Positions 1-15,342 of a stretch of 64,000 nucleotides of DNA are shown one piece after another. Below the pieces are notes generated by a model, which was not told the DNA's origin, ran no database searches, and saw only the letters and a program-made list of their open reading frames with translations. Numbering within the stretch: the stretch's first letter is position 1; the number at the start of each line of letters is the position of its first letter. A program made the translations under genes and the position numbers. This DNA is from the human T2T-CHM13v2.0 reference genome, Homo sapiens, in NCBI RefSeq assembly GCF_009914755.1, contig NC_060944.1; one strand, given 5' to 3'.

Positions 1-266
<266 letters not shown>

Positions 267-3239
267 AGTGATCACTTATTTAGATCACTTACTAAAATCA
301 TTTAATTATGTCAACACCTCTGTGAAGTATGTACTGTTATCACCATTCCCATTTCATAGATGGGGAAACTGAGGCACAGAAAAGCTAAGTAAACTGCTCA
401 GAGTTACAGAGCCTGCGAGGGCCACAGCCAGAATTCAAACCCAGGCCATCTGCCTCCACAGTCCACTTTCTATGTCCCTCTCCCGAGATGATGTCCCTTT
501 CCCAGGGGTGTCTGGAAAGGGTCTGGCCCCTGGTCCCAGCTCAAGCAGCTGTCCAGGGAAGCCTGAAGACCTGGCCCATCTCCACTGCCCACCGGGCTTC
601 TCTGCGCTCCACTTCCCAGGTGGACTGTGGAGGCAAATAAGGCCCCAGCTGCAGCCTCTGAAGACTCCTGCCAAGCTGGCACTTTGAGGCCTGGGGGTGT
701 CCCAGGGGATCCCAGCCCAGCAGCTGGGCTGACCTCAGGGCCAGTGTTTCCGTAAACACCCGGAGAGCCAGCCCCACGTGGTTGATCTGTGGGTTGCTGG
801 CCAAGAGGGGCTGAGGTTTGGCTGACCTCGTGCGGTTTCTTTCAACAAGGCTACTTCCACCCCCTCCGCCTGGCTGGGCTTCCAGTAATGAAGTGTTTTC
901 TCTGGGGCTAGGGGAGCTGATGGGGCTGGTGGCGTGGGGCACTGGGGTCTTCCTGTCCCACGTGCCCTCCACCCTGGGCTTCTGGAAGCTGGTCTAGATG
1001 CCCCTAGCTGCCGCCTGGGCAGCCCATATGCCCACGCCGGTCCCTGATAGTGAACTGGCCCGTAAGGGGACCAGGTCTCGGGATCTGAGCATGGAGCAGG
1101 GGCTGCGCCCAAGAGATAGGGTGTGGCTAGACTTTCCCCTGCTGGTCCTTTCCGGGGATCTGAGGGGAAACTTCTCCTGGGGACACACCCGGGTAGCTCA
1201 GAGATGGAAGAAAAGGTCTCCATTACAGCTGCCACCTCTTCCCCACCCAAAGAGAGTGTCCGCAGGGGGCCGTGGGGCAGGAGTGAGTACTGAAGGAATA
1301 CTAACCACGATCACTGCTACCATCTCCTGAATGTCACTGCCCCAGCCCTTTAATTCTCACAACAAACCTTGGAAACTGAGGCTTAGAGAGAGGAAGTGGC
1401 TGGCCCAAGGTCACATAGTGAGTAAATGAGCAGAGCTTCTCCCCCTTTCCCTTGAATCACCTCTATCTTCCTGTCCAGATGCCAGGCAGCAGGAACTAGC
1501 AGGTGCTTTTGGGTCATCTTTTAAGAGGCAATATAGCACAATGAGTGAGAGCAGGGACTCAAGGGCCAGCCACCTGGGTTCAAATCCCAGCTCTGCTTCC
1601 TACTGGCTATGTGACCTTGGGCAAGTCACTCAACTTCTTGGTTCCTCAGTCTCCCCACCTGTATAATGAGGATAATAATGATGCCTCCTTTAGGGGGTTT
1701 CTGTGAGGATTGCATATACACGTGACACATAATAAGCCCTGTGCCATGCTAGTTATCCCAGCCTCTCACTCTTCCCATTGAAAAGGTGAAGACACAGACC
1801 CAGAGATGGAGGCAAATTCTGCAGGGGTCATGCCCGGGGCAGAGCATGGTTCAGCTATGTCTCCTATGGTGCTGCCAAGGAGCCACCATGGGCTTGAGCT
1901 GAGAGGAGCCACCTGGCACCGGACACGTGACCTCCTCGAGGGAAGGGAGGCTCTGCAGAGAGCAGGGGATGGTGGAGGAGCCTGGCTTTATCTTCCATCC
2001 TTCAGGAGCGGGGAAGGGCAGTGTCAGAGCCAGGAGAGGAGAGAAGCGAATGAACGTGCTGTGTGAGCTCCAGTCAGTCCCTACTGACTCTGGGCCTGTC
2101 ACTCCTGCTGAGGGACTCGGGTGTTTGGACTTTTAGACTTGGAGGGGCTCCTCGGTGGGGCCTTGGGGGCTGCTCTGGGTGAGGGCTCTCACCATTTGCT
2201 TCATCCCAAACCACTGTCCTTGGGCCTGTTTTAAATATTAGAGTGTAGCATGGGGTTTTGCTGCTCTAACAAAGGGTCAGCCATCTTGAGAAGGAGGCTC
2301 TGTGATGAGCAGGGAATGGGGCTCCCCTGCCCCCCCGAGACCCTGGGGCCCAAGCTGATGACTGGCCAGTGACTCACTCCCTTCTCAGCATGTCCTGTCA
2401 TCCCATGACTGGGAGCCCCTCGGGGGTGGCTCCTAACCAAGGTCCCCCTGACCAAGGCCTCCCCCCACCCTCCCCCTAACACACATAGAGACTGGGAACA
2501 ATTAACTCCCTCCTAAGGCCAGACCAGATGTTCACGTGGGCATTGGTTTTGTTGACCACATGTGACTCAGGAGCTCCCTCAGAGCTGGAAGAGTCCCAAG
2601 AGGCTAAAAGGGCAACCTGTCACGTCACAGCTGGGAAACTGAGTCCCAGAGAAGCCAGGTGAGTTGCCTAACATCCCTCAGGGGTAGAAGGGAGGAAGGA
2701 ACCTGGAGTTCCCATGCCTGACCCAGAGGCTTTCTACCTCTCCAAATAGTTCTCGGATGTGCCCAAGGCCTCAGTCCCCATTCCTACCTCCAGTTGCAAA
2801 TGTCCTCCCCAACTACACAGAGCCTCTCAGCTTCATCCCACCCCACCTCCAACTGGCTCTCATGGTTTCATCCAGGCTCAGCTACTTGCAGCTCCCCAAA
2901 TAGCTCCTGCTGTCAGGCCACCTCCAGGCCTTTGTACTCTCCTGCTGCTCTGTTTTATTTTCCTCTTCACCTGGACAACTCCTAATCTTGCTCCAAGACT
3001 CATCTCAGGTGTCACCTTCTCCAGGAAGCCTTTCAAAACCACCTCCTCCACCTCCCAGGCTGGGTTAGGTCCTCCATCTCTTCACCCTCAGTACCTAGTA
3101 TCTCCCACTTACTGTGCTGGAATCATCTCTTTGCTTGTCTCTATATTGCCCTCTAGTCTGTGAGCTCATTGTGGACAGAGACCTTAGTTTTTATTCTTAA
3201 TAGTAGGGAATGACCTATTACATTCGGTGTTTGCTGAAT

Positions 3240-3450
3240 GAATGCATAAGTGGATGGATGGATGAATGAATGAATGGTTGGATGGAAGAATAGATACATG
3301 GATGGATGGATTGATGGATGGATGGAATGAGTGACCAAATGGTAGATGAATGGACAAATGGACCGACAAACATGGAAGGATGGATGGATGGACAGATGGA
3401 TTGATGGACAGGTGGATTGATGGACAGGTGGGTCGATGGGCAGGTGGATG
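3240..3450. repeat. Degenerate (GATG/GAAT)n tract
   Basis: tggatggatg/gaatgaat/gatggacagg runs following an L2/MIR-like tail. Confidence 0.8.
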
Positions 3451-4769
3451 AATAAATCAGGCAGATAATGGCATCTGTAGGGACTCAGACAGTGAGGGCT
3501 AAGTCCCTGGAGCCTGGATATCCTGACTGATGAAGGTGCTCTTGGATGGGAAGGGAATAACCTAACCTGTTGTCTTCCTACTCCAAGAGATATTTGGTCC
3601 AGAACAAAGCCACCCCTGCCCTGGTGCCTGCTCCCTTCTGACCAACAGGTTCCAACTCAGTGGGGTCTCCTGAACTCTGGTAACTCATCTGACACCAGAG
3701 CCTATAGGAATCACCCTGTCTCTGACATTCAGGGATTCTGCATTCCTGAGGCCCTCCCTCCCTGCCTCTCTTCAGGTCAGAGCTGCCGCCCCATAAATGC
3801 TTTCAAGCATAGAAACATACACCCCTAGAGCCAGGAAGGTGTAAAAATGATGGGATTCACCCCTCTACCATTTTTGCAGATGAAGAAACTGAGGCTGAGC
3901 AAGGCCAAGAAACTTGCTTAAGGACACACAGCAATAGAGCTGGGATAAGAGCTTGGGTCTTTCAATTCGTTTATTCGTTCATACAGCAAGTATGTATCTA
4001 GCGCCTAAAGTGCCAGGCTCAGTGCCTATTCCCGGGCATGCTAGGCCTGTGCATAAGCTTTCATGTTAATTTAAAAGCTATTTCCATCCTCCATATGACC
4101 TCCTCCAGCTCCCCAGCAGGCTGGTCTATGCCTCACTAGCTGCATGCCTGGCACGATCCCTATGACAACACCCTCTCCCAGCAAATGAGGACCACTTCAT
4201 TGTCAGGAAGCCTGGCTGGGACTGGTGTGTGCTGCCGTGTGCAGAGGAGGCAGTCACATGTGTGTGCTGTGAGCTGCACATTCCATCCTAGCCTTAGTGA
4301 GGACCGTATTAGTCCCTGCACGCTCATCCTTGCCAGCTCAGACTGGAGCCAAGCATTAAACTGTTCAAGCCCCACAGCTGCCCCAGGGGAGCCATTGCAT
4401 GGCACCTGGGAGCTCAGGGCCAGGAGCAGACCTCTGAATTCCTGCCCAAACCAGGGAATATGTGGTGAGAGGAGGTCATAGGGAGGTGCCTGGGGGCTGG
4501 ACATTTGCAAGCCAGCTGAGCAGGCAGTACTCAGCACTTTCCTCTTCACCCCTCCCACCATGGCAAAGGCAGGGGCAGCGTGGGCTAGCCAGCCTTGGAG
4601 AGATGGAGCCTCAAGTCTAGGGGCAGCAGCCCAGCCTCGGGCGAGCCAGGGCTATTTGCTGGGCCTTCTATGAGGCTTCCATGAAGTATGTAACCTCGCT
4701 GAAGACATGGAACTACTCAGAGTCATTAAGAGCCAAAGAAAGGCTCAGCTGCGTTTAACAGAAAAGCTT

Positions 4770-6560
4770 CTGGGAACAAATCAATGAATTGGAGAACAAA
4801 GGAAGACTGCAGAAGACGAACAGAACCAGAAGCCATGTCTAGGATGAAATCAACATGAGGTAGAGAATCCTGATGACATTGATCAGGATGAAAGAAGTAC
4901 GAGGCAAGGGAGTAAAATCAAATGCCGAGTAAAAAGGGGGAACAACGTTGACCAAGGAATTTGAAGTTAATTTAAGAGCTGTTATGAACAATACAAAAAA
5001 GAAAATTATAGGCCCATTTCACTTATGAATATATAGATAGAAAAACACTAAACAAAATATTTGCTGACTGAATTCAGCAGAGTTAAAATAATGACACCAC
5101 ATCACCATCAGGAAGCGTTTATCCCGGAAAAACATTCCAGAAAATCCACCAGTGTAATTCACTACATCATTAGATCCAAAGGAAAATCTATGATGTCAAT
5201 TGATGTGGAAAAATTTTTTGATAAGTTCCTTTTGTATTTATGATGCTTACAAATTTGAAAATTCTGGGAAAATGGAGAAATTAATAGAAAGGTATAAAAT
5301 GTCAAAAGATGGGCCCAAGAAGAAATAGAGAATTTCAGTAGGTCAGTCAGTATTACAGAAACTGTAATGGTGTCAAAGCCCTCCCACTCCCCTAAAAATC
5401 AGCCTAGATGTTCTCATGGGTAAGTACTGCTGAACCTTTTTTTTTTTTTTTTTTTTTTTTTGAGACAAGGTCTCATTCTGTCGCCCAGGCTAGGGTGTAG
5501 TGGCCCAATCCTGGCTCACTGCAACCTCTGCTTCCCAAGGCTCAGGTATCCTCCTGCCTCAGCCCCTCACGTAGCTGGAACTACAGGCATGCACCACCAC
5601 ACCCAGCTAATTTTTGTATTTTTAGTAGAGATGGGGTTTTGCTATGTTGCCCAGGCTGGTCTTAACTCCTGGACTCAAACGATCCACCTATCTAGGCCTC
5701 CCAAAGTGCTGGGATTACAGGTGTGAGCCACCGCGCCCAGCCTGCAGAAACTTTTTAGAAACAATTAATTCGTATCATATGCAAGTTGCTTAAAAAGAAA
5801 ACAAAAGAAAAAAAAACCAACCTATCTTATTTTAAAAGTGTTGTCTTGATTATAAAAGCCAGATAAGACAATACCACAAAGGAAAGTATAGGTCCATTTC
5901 ACTTATGAATATGGATAGGAAAACACTAAACAAAATCTTTCCTGACTGAGTCTAGCAGAGTTAAAATAATGATACTACATCACCATCAGGAAGGGTTTAT
6001 CCCAGAAAAGTATCCACATCTGAAAATCCACCAGTGTAACTCACTACATCATTCAATCAAAAGGAAAAATCCAACGATGTCAGCTGATGCAGAAAAAGGT
6101 TTTGATAAGGTCTTTATGTATTTATGATTTTTAAAAATTCTTAGCAAACTAGGAGCATGAGAGAAGTTCCTTAATTTAGTAGGGATTTTTAATACCAAAA
6201 ACCTACAGAAAATATTGCTAGTGGAGAAAAGTTTTATATAATACATGCCTTTTAAGGTGAGGAACAAGGCAAGAATGCTAGTTATTACTGCTACTGTTTA
6301 ATACATAGAGCTGGAGAGCTGGGCTGAGCTACAAGGAAAGAAAATAAGAGGTGTAATTATTGGAAGGGAAGAGATAAAACTGTCATTGTTTGTAGATGGT
6401 GTGATCATCTACCTTGAAAAACCAACCAAATAAACTGACAAAATATTAGAACAAATAAGAGAGTTCAGCAAGGTTGCCAGATACACAGTCAGCAACAAAA
6501 ATCAATGACGCTTTTACATCAGCAATAACTAACCAGAAAAACACAACATAATTTTGACTT
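4770..6560 (+). mobile_element. Old L1 (L1M-type) ORF2 fragment interrupted by an Alu and a local duplication
   Basis: Degenerate L1 ORF2 motifs: gatgcagaaaaagg...ttgataa, ggaacaaggcaagaatgc, gagataaaactgtcattgtttgtagatg, gagttcagcaaggttgccagatacac. Confidence 0.75.
5437..5742 (-). mobile_element. Alu (AluJ-like)
   Basis: Poly-T head, antisense Alu; TSD-like ctgctgaacc/ctgcagaaac. Confidence 0.95.
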
Positions 6561-6651
6561 AAATAGAAAGGTTTTAAAATAATATATACATATAAATATA
6601 TTATATATAAAATGCATATACATATATATATACACACATGCACACATTTTA

Positions 6652-7175
<524 letters not shown>

Positions 7176-7916
7176 TCAGGGTACCCTCATGGTCCAAGAT
7201 GGCTGCAGAACTCCACCATCACGTCCGTATTACTGACTGGAAGCAGGAGGCAGCAATCAGTGGTGGTGGAGTCACCAAAGGGAAGCCCTTCCTTTTAAGG
7301 AGCCTTTCCAGAATCGGCACACAACACTCCTGCTTGTATCTCCGTGCTGGAACCTATCCCGTGGCCCCGCCTCCTGCAAAGCTGAGTGCGTCGCCACCCC
7401 AAACAAAAAAATCAGTGTTTGGTGACTGAGGGAGGAGGGAAGAAGGATATTGGAATGGGCATTGATCAGGCTCTGTCACAGATCTCAGTCTCCAAAACAC
7501 GAAACTGGGGCACTGAGGTCCAGAGAAGTGAGGGAATTTACACACAGCCACAAAGCAAATTAGCAGCGGAGTTGGGATTTTCACCTGACTGTTGACCTTC
7601 CCATGGTACAGGTGTCCCCTCACACCCTGGTACATCCAGCCACTACAGCACTGCCCCTCCTCACTTCCAGCCCTGCTGGGGTCAGGATCTGTTTTGTATT
7701 TCTCTGTCCCCACTACCTAATGTCACACCTGTGAGCTCCACCTCCCCAGCGTCGGCTTGGGACTTGGCATGGGGTAGAGGCCGTAAGCGGGAAAGCGGGC
7801 ACACACCTCGGGAGCTGACAAACTGCAAAGGGCTTTCAACCGCAGATATTTACTTGTGGCTTCCATATGCTGTACCTTGATGGTGATGTTTCGTAAGTTT
7901 CACTTTTCAGATGCAC

Positions 7917-8219
<303 letters not shown>

Positions 8220-8569
8220 AGATGCATTTCTTAGACGCTAAAAATGTTCAGCCTGGCCCAGGCCTGGAAGAACATGCAGGCCGCTTTTATTTTTATTTTT
8301 TTTTAACAGATGGAGAAACTGAGACCCAGAGAAGCAAAAGTGTGTGTCCCAGATGCCAAGGTACCTGCGGCAAAGAATATTACCTAGATGTCCCTCACTC
8401 TGGTTCTCCTTCATTGATACACATGGAATGATGGTATTTCCCCGCCTTCCTTGCAGTTAAGTTGGGGCCATGTGGCTAGCTCTGACTAATAAGATGTGAG
8501 TAGAAGTGATGATGTGGCTTCTCCATCCCTCTTTTTTCCTGCCAAGGTGACCTTGGAGGCCACCGGTCT

Positions 8570-8720
8570 AGAACAGGGATTCACAAACTGTAATGTGCAT
8601 GCAAATCACCTGGGGGTCTTACTAAAATGCAGATCCTGATAGTGGGGTCTGGGAGTCTGCATTTCCAACATGCAACCAGCTGATGCTGATGCCATCGGTC
8701 CTTGGACCACACACTTGAGT
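8570..8720. mobile_element. MER5A-like hAT-Charlie relic
   Basis: aatcacctggggg...ttactaaaatgcagatcctg...tctgcatttccaaca...tgatgctgatgc. Confidence 0.65.
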
Positions 8721-9866
8721 AGGGAGGAGCTACAGGATGTGCCTGGCCCACTTTGGACCATTCACGAGCAAGAAATTAGCTTCACTGGGTTAAGCCACTG
8801 AGATGTGGGCATTAGTTTGTGATCTCAGCACAGTCTTACGGAAATTGTCATTTAGCCATCAACCAACATTGACTGAGTTCCTACCATGAACTCCTGTGTG
8901 ACCTGGGTGCCTCATTCTGAATGAGGTGCTCACTCTTGGGGTTGTGCAAGTGCAAGGTCAGCAGCTGAGAATGAGAGCCTCCCTAAATGTTATACCCGAC
9001 ATGCCTCTGTCACCTCACCCTGGTCCCAGCCCTGTAAGTCGGTAGCGGGAGCCGGGATTTGAAGCTCGGACCTGTTGACTTCTGAGCTTGTGCTTCCTCC
9101 TGGGAAAGCAAAGGACAGCCACACTCACCCTGGGCCCTTGTGTGGGGGCTGCGGCTGCAGCCAAAAGACTCATGGGTTCCCTGGATGCTTATATCCCTCT
9201 GGTGCCAAAATTGGACAGTTTGAAGGGAGGGCTGAACCGCAGCAAACCAATCAGCAAAGTGGCAGCTCCCACCGCTCCTGCCACACCCACTCATGCTGAA
9301 CTGTGTGTGCAAGCTCCATCCCTCACACTTCATCACCAAACACCCTTGATGATGACGCCTGCTTCCTGATCTGGCCAGGCCCCAGGGCCCCTACTGCCCA
9401 CACTTTCCCATCCTCAGTTATCAGACAGAAAAAGTTCCAAGAAAAATCCATGCTCTGACTCAGAGGGCCCTAGGTGGGCATAGCACTCTGCCTCGTTCTT
9501 GCCACCTCCCTGCCCCGTATGGCCCTGTCTTCTTCACCATACGTGGCACCCATGGCCCACCTCACCTCCTCATTGTCAAGGTCTCCTTGCTCTGCTATGG
9601 ACATGGCTGGGACCAGCGTGTCTCCCTCCAACTCTCTTCCTCACACCTCCTCATTTCTCCCGTCTTCCTTCTTGCCTCAGAGATAGAAGTGGCTTAAAAC
9701 TGTTCCTTTCAGGAACAACTAATCAGTGGCCACAGAGGTCAGAATAGCGGGTACCTGGAGGACAGAGGGTAGAGTCTTGGAAGGGGCATAAGGAAACTTC
9801 TGGAAGTGTAGCTTGACCTGGGTGATTATCACATGGGTATATACAGTCATGTATATACATATGTCA

Positions 9867-10112
<246 letters not shown>

Positions 10113-10445
10113 TCATATTAGTGCACTTTAAGCACTTTTCTGTATATACATTACCTCTCAACTTAAAAAACATTATCACAGAGAGCTCTATGGACAGTAG
10201 CAGAAATAAACAGCATCAAAAACTGAAACTTGGGTGTTGGAGTCATATGAACCCGCACTGAAAACCTGGCTCTGTTTTCTAGCTGTGTAGCTTTAGGCAA
10301 GTTACTTAACCTTTCTGAACCTCACTTTTTTCAATTGAGATGTGGATCATGAGGATTAGAAATGCTGCTTTTTATAAACAGTGCTTAGCACAAGGGCTGG
10401 ATCTTGCTGGGTGCTATACACAATTGCTTTTATTTTTATTAATAT

Positions 10446-11535
<1,090 letters not shown>

Positions 11536-12830
11536 ACTAAAACATTAGCATTTCCACAAGAATCCCAAAAAATAAAACAAAATTTAAAAGATCCCTTCTG
11601 TTTCTTTTCCTCCAAGTTTCCAGACCCCCATCTCCACCCTGGCCACCTCTTCCTGCCATAAATAATCAAATCCCACACTTTCATCTTCACCTTCCGTTTC
11701 CATTGCCTCTTCCGATGGGACAGCACCCGTGGGGAATCTCCTCCATGCTCACAATCCCCGTCTTGCCACTATATCAAGTCACACTTCTTCCTCACCAATC
11801 GCCCATTCTGGAACCTCTGCTATCCAGCTAGATCACTTTGAGGTTTGGACAACTACTGGTGGAGGTAATGGGGGCCCCAGACAGCCCTTGACATCACCTC
11901 TTTTATCTTTGCCAAATTCTACAAACAAAGCCCATGTCTTTCTGTCCCCCGCCCCCATGGCTGGCACATAGTAGATGTCCCCAAATCTTGGTGATGTGAA
12001 CTTGTGTGTCTCACCCTTCACAGACATCACCATTTCCCGTTGCACAGAAGGCTCCACTCATACCAGGCGCTTTGGCTCCCAGAATAAGCAGGCTATCATG
12101 CTATGTCCGACATCTAGGCGTTGGTACGTACTGTTCCCTTGGCCTGGAACATTCTGCCCTCTCTCACCCTCTCTTTTCTTGGCTTTCTGAAATGGCACCT
12201 CCATCAGAAAGTGTCCCTCACTCTTGGTCTGAGCAAGGGACCTTGCCTGGTATTCCTGAACTTCCACCTGTTTTCCCTCTGTTTTCTCCCTCTCTGGGCC
12301 TTGTCCTCAGGTCAGTGTTGTGCCTCCAGCTCCTGCAGAGGCGAACTCAGAGGCGGCCGAATGAAACCAAATGGATTTGGCTTGACCCCATCATCTAGCG
12401 GTGCCCAGCAAGCGCTGGCACATAGTAGGTCCAGCCTGCCCGGACTCGCCCACCACGGGCCCCCTTCCAGAGCCGGGAGGCAGGCCAAGGGAGGCCCCTT
12501 ATTGCCAAGAGCAAACAGGCCGCCCAGGGAAGTTTTGCTCTGGGTCACACCCACCTCTGGGTGGCTGCCAATCTGCCTGCCAGAAACCGCAGGCTGGGCC
12601 GCGGCTACCCAGAGTCAGGGCCACGGAGCTTAGGAGACCTTGGGTCAGCTCTGCAAAGGGGTTGTTTACTGAATGCTTCTGGTATCTGCAGCCCCGCTGG
12701 GGTTCGGACAGGGGGTCTGGAATAGGGCTTCACAACTACAGCAGGGCTAGGACCCTCTTGGGCTGGAAGGAGCTGGAGAGGCCTCTGCAAGCTGTCACAG
12801 GCTCTTGGTGCTGGCACTGGCTCAGGCTTT

Positions 12831-12871
12831 CACACACACACACGCGCACACACACACACACACACACACAC
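12831..12871. repeat. (CA)n with internal CGCG
   Basis: cacacacacacacgcgcacacaca... Confidence 0.95.
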
Positions 12872-12973
12872 GGACAGGCACCCCCTTGGTGGCCTTCACA
12901 GTTTCACCTTCAGGTAAATGGGCTCATCCTTTGAGCCATGAGGATGGGAAGCAAAGCAAGGAATGAAAAAGCT

Positions 12974-12981
<8 letters not shown>

Positions 12982-13014
<33 letters not shown>

Positions 13015-13048
13015 ACGCGCGCGCGCGCGTGTGTACGCGTGCGTGTGC
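12982..13048. repeat. (TG)n-CA-(CG)n-(TG) alternating purine-pyrimidine tract
   Basis: Direct reading of the sequence. Confidence 0.95.
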
Positions 13049-13138
13049 CTGTGTGTGCCTGGGAGTGACCTCACAGCTGCCGGAACATAAAGACTCACAG
13101 GTCCGCCTCCCAGGCTCAAAGCTGGCTCTGCAGGGGAC

Positions 13139-13198
13139 ATGAGAGGCACACCGAAGACCCACCTCCTGGCCTTCTCCCTCCTCTGCCTCCTCTCAAAG
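13139..13198 (+). CDS. CCN5: CCN5/WISP2 coding exon 1 (signal peptide [20 protein letters not shown])
   Basis: ATG at 13139; 20-aa hydrophobic signal peptide matching WISP2; donor AAG|gtaagg at 13198/13199, phase 0. Confidence 0.97.
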
Positions 13199-13807
13199 GT
13201 AAGGAGGCCCGGGCCCTGGAATGCACTGCTGACTATTTGGGTGTGGAGGGGGTGGGGATGTAAAATCGCAGCCAAGGACCCCCTTGGCAGAATTCCTCCA
13301 GGGCCCCACATTGGGCACAGTCTGGCCCCCATGCCTAAGCAGGGCTTCTCTCCCTGGAACTCAGAGCTGCCTCCGGCCAGCCCTGCTGTGTGACCTCAGA
13401 TATGTGTCTTGCCTTCTCTGGGCCTCAGCATCTTCCCAGGTGAAGGGTATACAGTTTGTGAGGCCTCTGTGAAGACCATTCATGATCATTCATCAAACTT
13501 ACCAGGCAAATTGAAGAGGACTTTAATGTATCCTCATTATGAATGGGGGCACTCAAGACATGACATGCTTGGCCTAACTCTGAGCCAGCATTTGGATGGA
13601 TGCCTAGCTGATTGGAAGGTTCATTCTGCAAGGGCATCAATGCTGTTGGACTCTTAGGCAGTGAGTGACCCGCCCGCCCTAGCTAGAGGGGAACAGGAGA
13701 CACCTCTGTGGAGTAATGGCCTTATCCCTGAATGCTGCATGGGACATTCACCAAAGAGCCTGTGGGACATCTACCTTGTCTAACATGCACAACAATCCCA
13801 TAAGGAA

Positions 13808-13895
13808 TTTTCAGTTAAGTGAGGCTCAGAAAGGGTAAGCAACTTGCAACCCCAGTTTTCAGTCAAGTGAGGCTCAGAAAGGGTAAGCAACTTGC
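13808..13895. repeat. 40-bp direct duplication (48-bp period) of a MIR core segment
   Basis: ttttcagt(t/c)aagtgaggctcagaaagggtaagcaacttgc at 13808-13847 and 13856-13895. Confidence 0.9.
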
Positions 13896-15342
13896 CCAAA
13901 GCCACACAGCAAAGAAAGGTCAGAGCAATAGAGGAGAGCCATGGTGGAGCCCAGAATGACATGGATGTAGGGGGAGAAGCACTCCAGTCTGTGCCTCCCC
14001 AAGCCCAAACTGGACCAAGGCCACAGCTGCTAAGCCTTGTCATCCCCTCGGCAAATGCTGAGTTCCCAGAGCCATGGAATCGGCCCCACCACAAGCCACG
14101 ATCTCACTGTATTTTCACGCTCCTTTGAGGAGCACGGGCAGGAGCTTCTCTCCCTCAGGCTCCAAGTCTTCGTGCCTGGGAAGCCTGAGAACCACGCTGG
14201 CATCCTGTCCTGCTGTTTGTTCTTCCAAAGGGGATGGGTAGGGCATGATGCCAGTGTGGGTGGCTTGGGTAGTTGGAATAGGGGACTTGGGGCTCTAGGA
14301 GGGAGAAGGGGCCCAGGATTATACGAGAACAAAGTAAAGCTGTCCTAGACTTGCCATTAGGGTGAGACTTACGGGACCATTCTTCCCTGGTCCCAGGAAG
14401 CAGGGACTGCACAGAAACACAGGGACTTAGTCACCACAACATGGAAAGCCACAGCAACCCTCAGAGGGAGAACTGTAAGTCTTCCAGGCTGGCCGTTGGC
14501 TCCGGGGCTCCTGGCTGTGGACCGGGGCAGGAGGCAGACACCTGGACACAAGCAAAATCACATTGATCAAGGACTGGCCAGAACCTCATTTAATCTCCAT
14601 CATCACTCAGAAACAGGTTGTCTCTACTCCAGTTTACAGAGGAGAAAACTGAGCTTCACCTCCACCTTCCAAAGCCGTTTGTCCACATGTTCAGTCACGT
14701 AGCAAGTCACTGGCAGAACTTGAATCTCAACTCTTGCCCAAAAAACTCCATGCCCAGTACTCCTGCCCCAGATATCATGAGCCTTGCCCCCCACCACCAG
14801 ATATCACAGCAAGGCCCTGGGGAAACTGAGGCACAATGGGACAACTTGAGTTTGGGCCTTGGATGTCAACTTGAACTTGGATGTCAATCCTGATTCTGTC
14901 TCTTACTGGCTGTGTTACTACACGCTTTGAGCTCCAGTTTTCTCATCTTTAAAATGGGCATAATGATGGCACCTCACATTGGAGGGGTAAATGAGACAAC
15001 AGCACTTGGCACATGACATACATATGGTATCACATGAGATAATTGTACACTAGAATAGTTGATATCATTAATAGCCTCTCCTGGGTATCGGGGCCTACAG
15101 AGTCCTGCCCCCTGACAAGCATGGCCAGTAGAGGGGTCCACAGTGGGAGCCAAGGTGCACAGCTGCTGGTCTATTTCCTGGCACTCCTGTTTTCAGGTGG
15201 GAGGGACCTGAGAGTCATTTCTGACAGTCCTCCCTCCATTGCCCACAAGCCAAGGGAGCTGAACCTCTGACTTAGAAGGGAACCCAAAAGCCTAGACCGT
15301 TTCTATGTGAATCACCTGTGGATTTATGAAAATGCAGATTCG

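Larger units (their letters stand above)
12500..13138 (+). promoter_or_regulatory. CCN5: CCN5 proximal promoter/5' region
   Basis: Imperfect ERE GGTCAcacCCACC 12543-12555; TATA-like CATAAA 13086-13091; CA and TG/CG tracts immediately upstream of the ATG. Confidence 0.65.

Noticed and set aside
4700-4980. Purine-rich stretch resembling a processed pseudogene
   Set aside because: Multiple stops and collinear with degenerate L1 ORF2 sequence
12926-13225. TCF/LEF-like (CCTTTGAG) and TEAD-like (GGAATG) motifs near the CCN5 start
   Set aside because: Short motifs expected by chance; no clustering or other support from sequence alone
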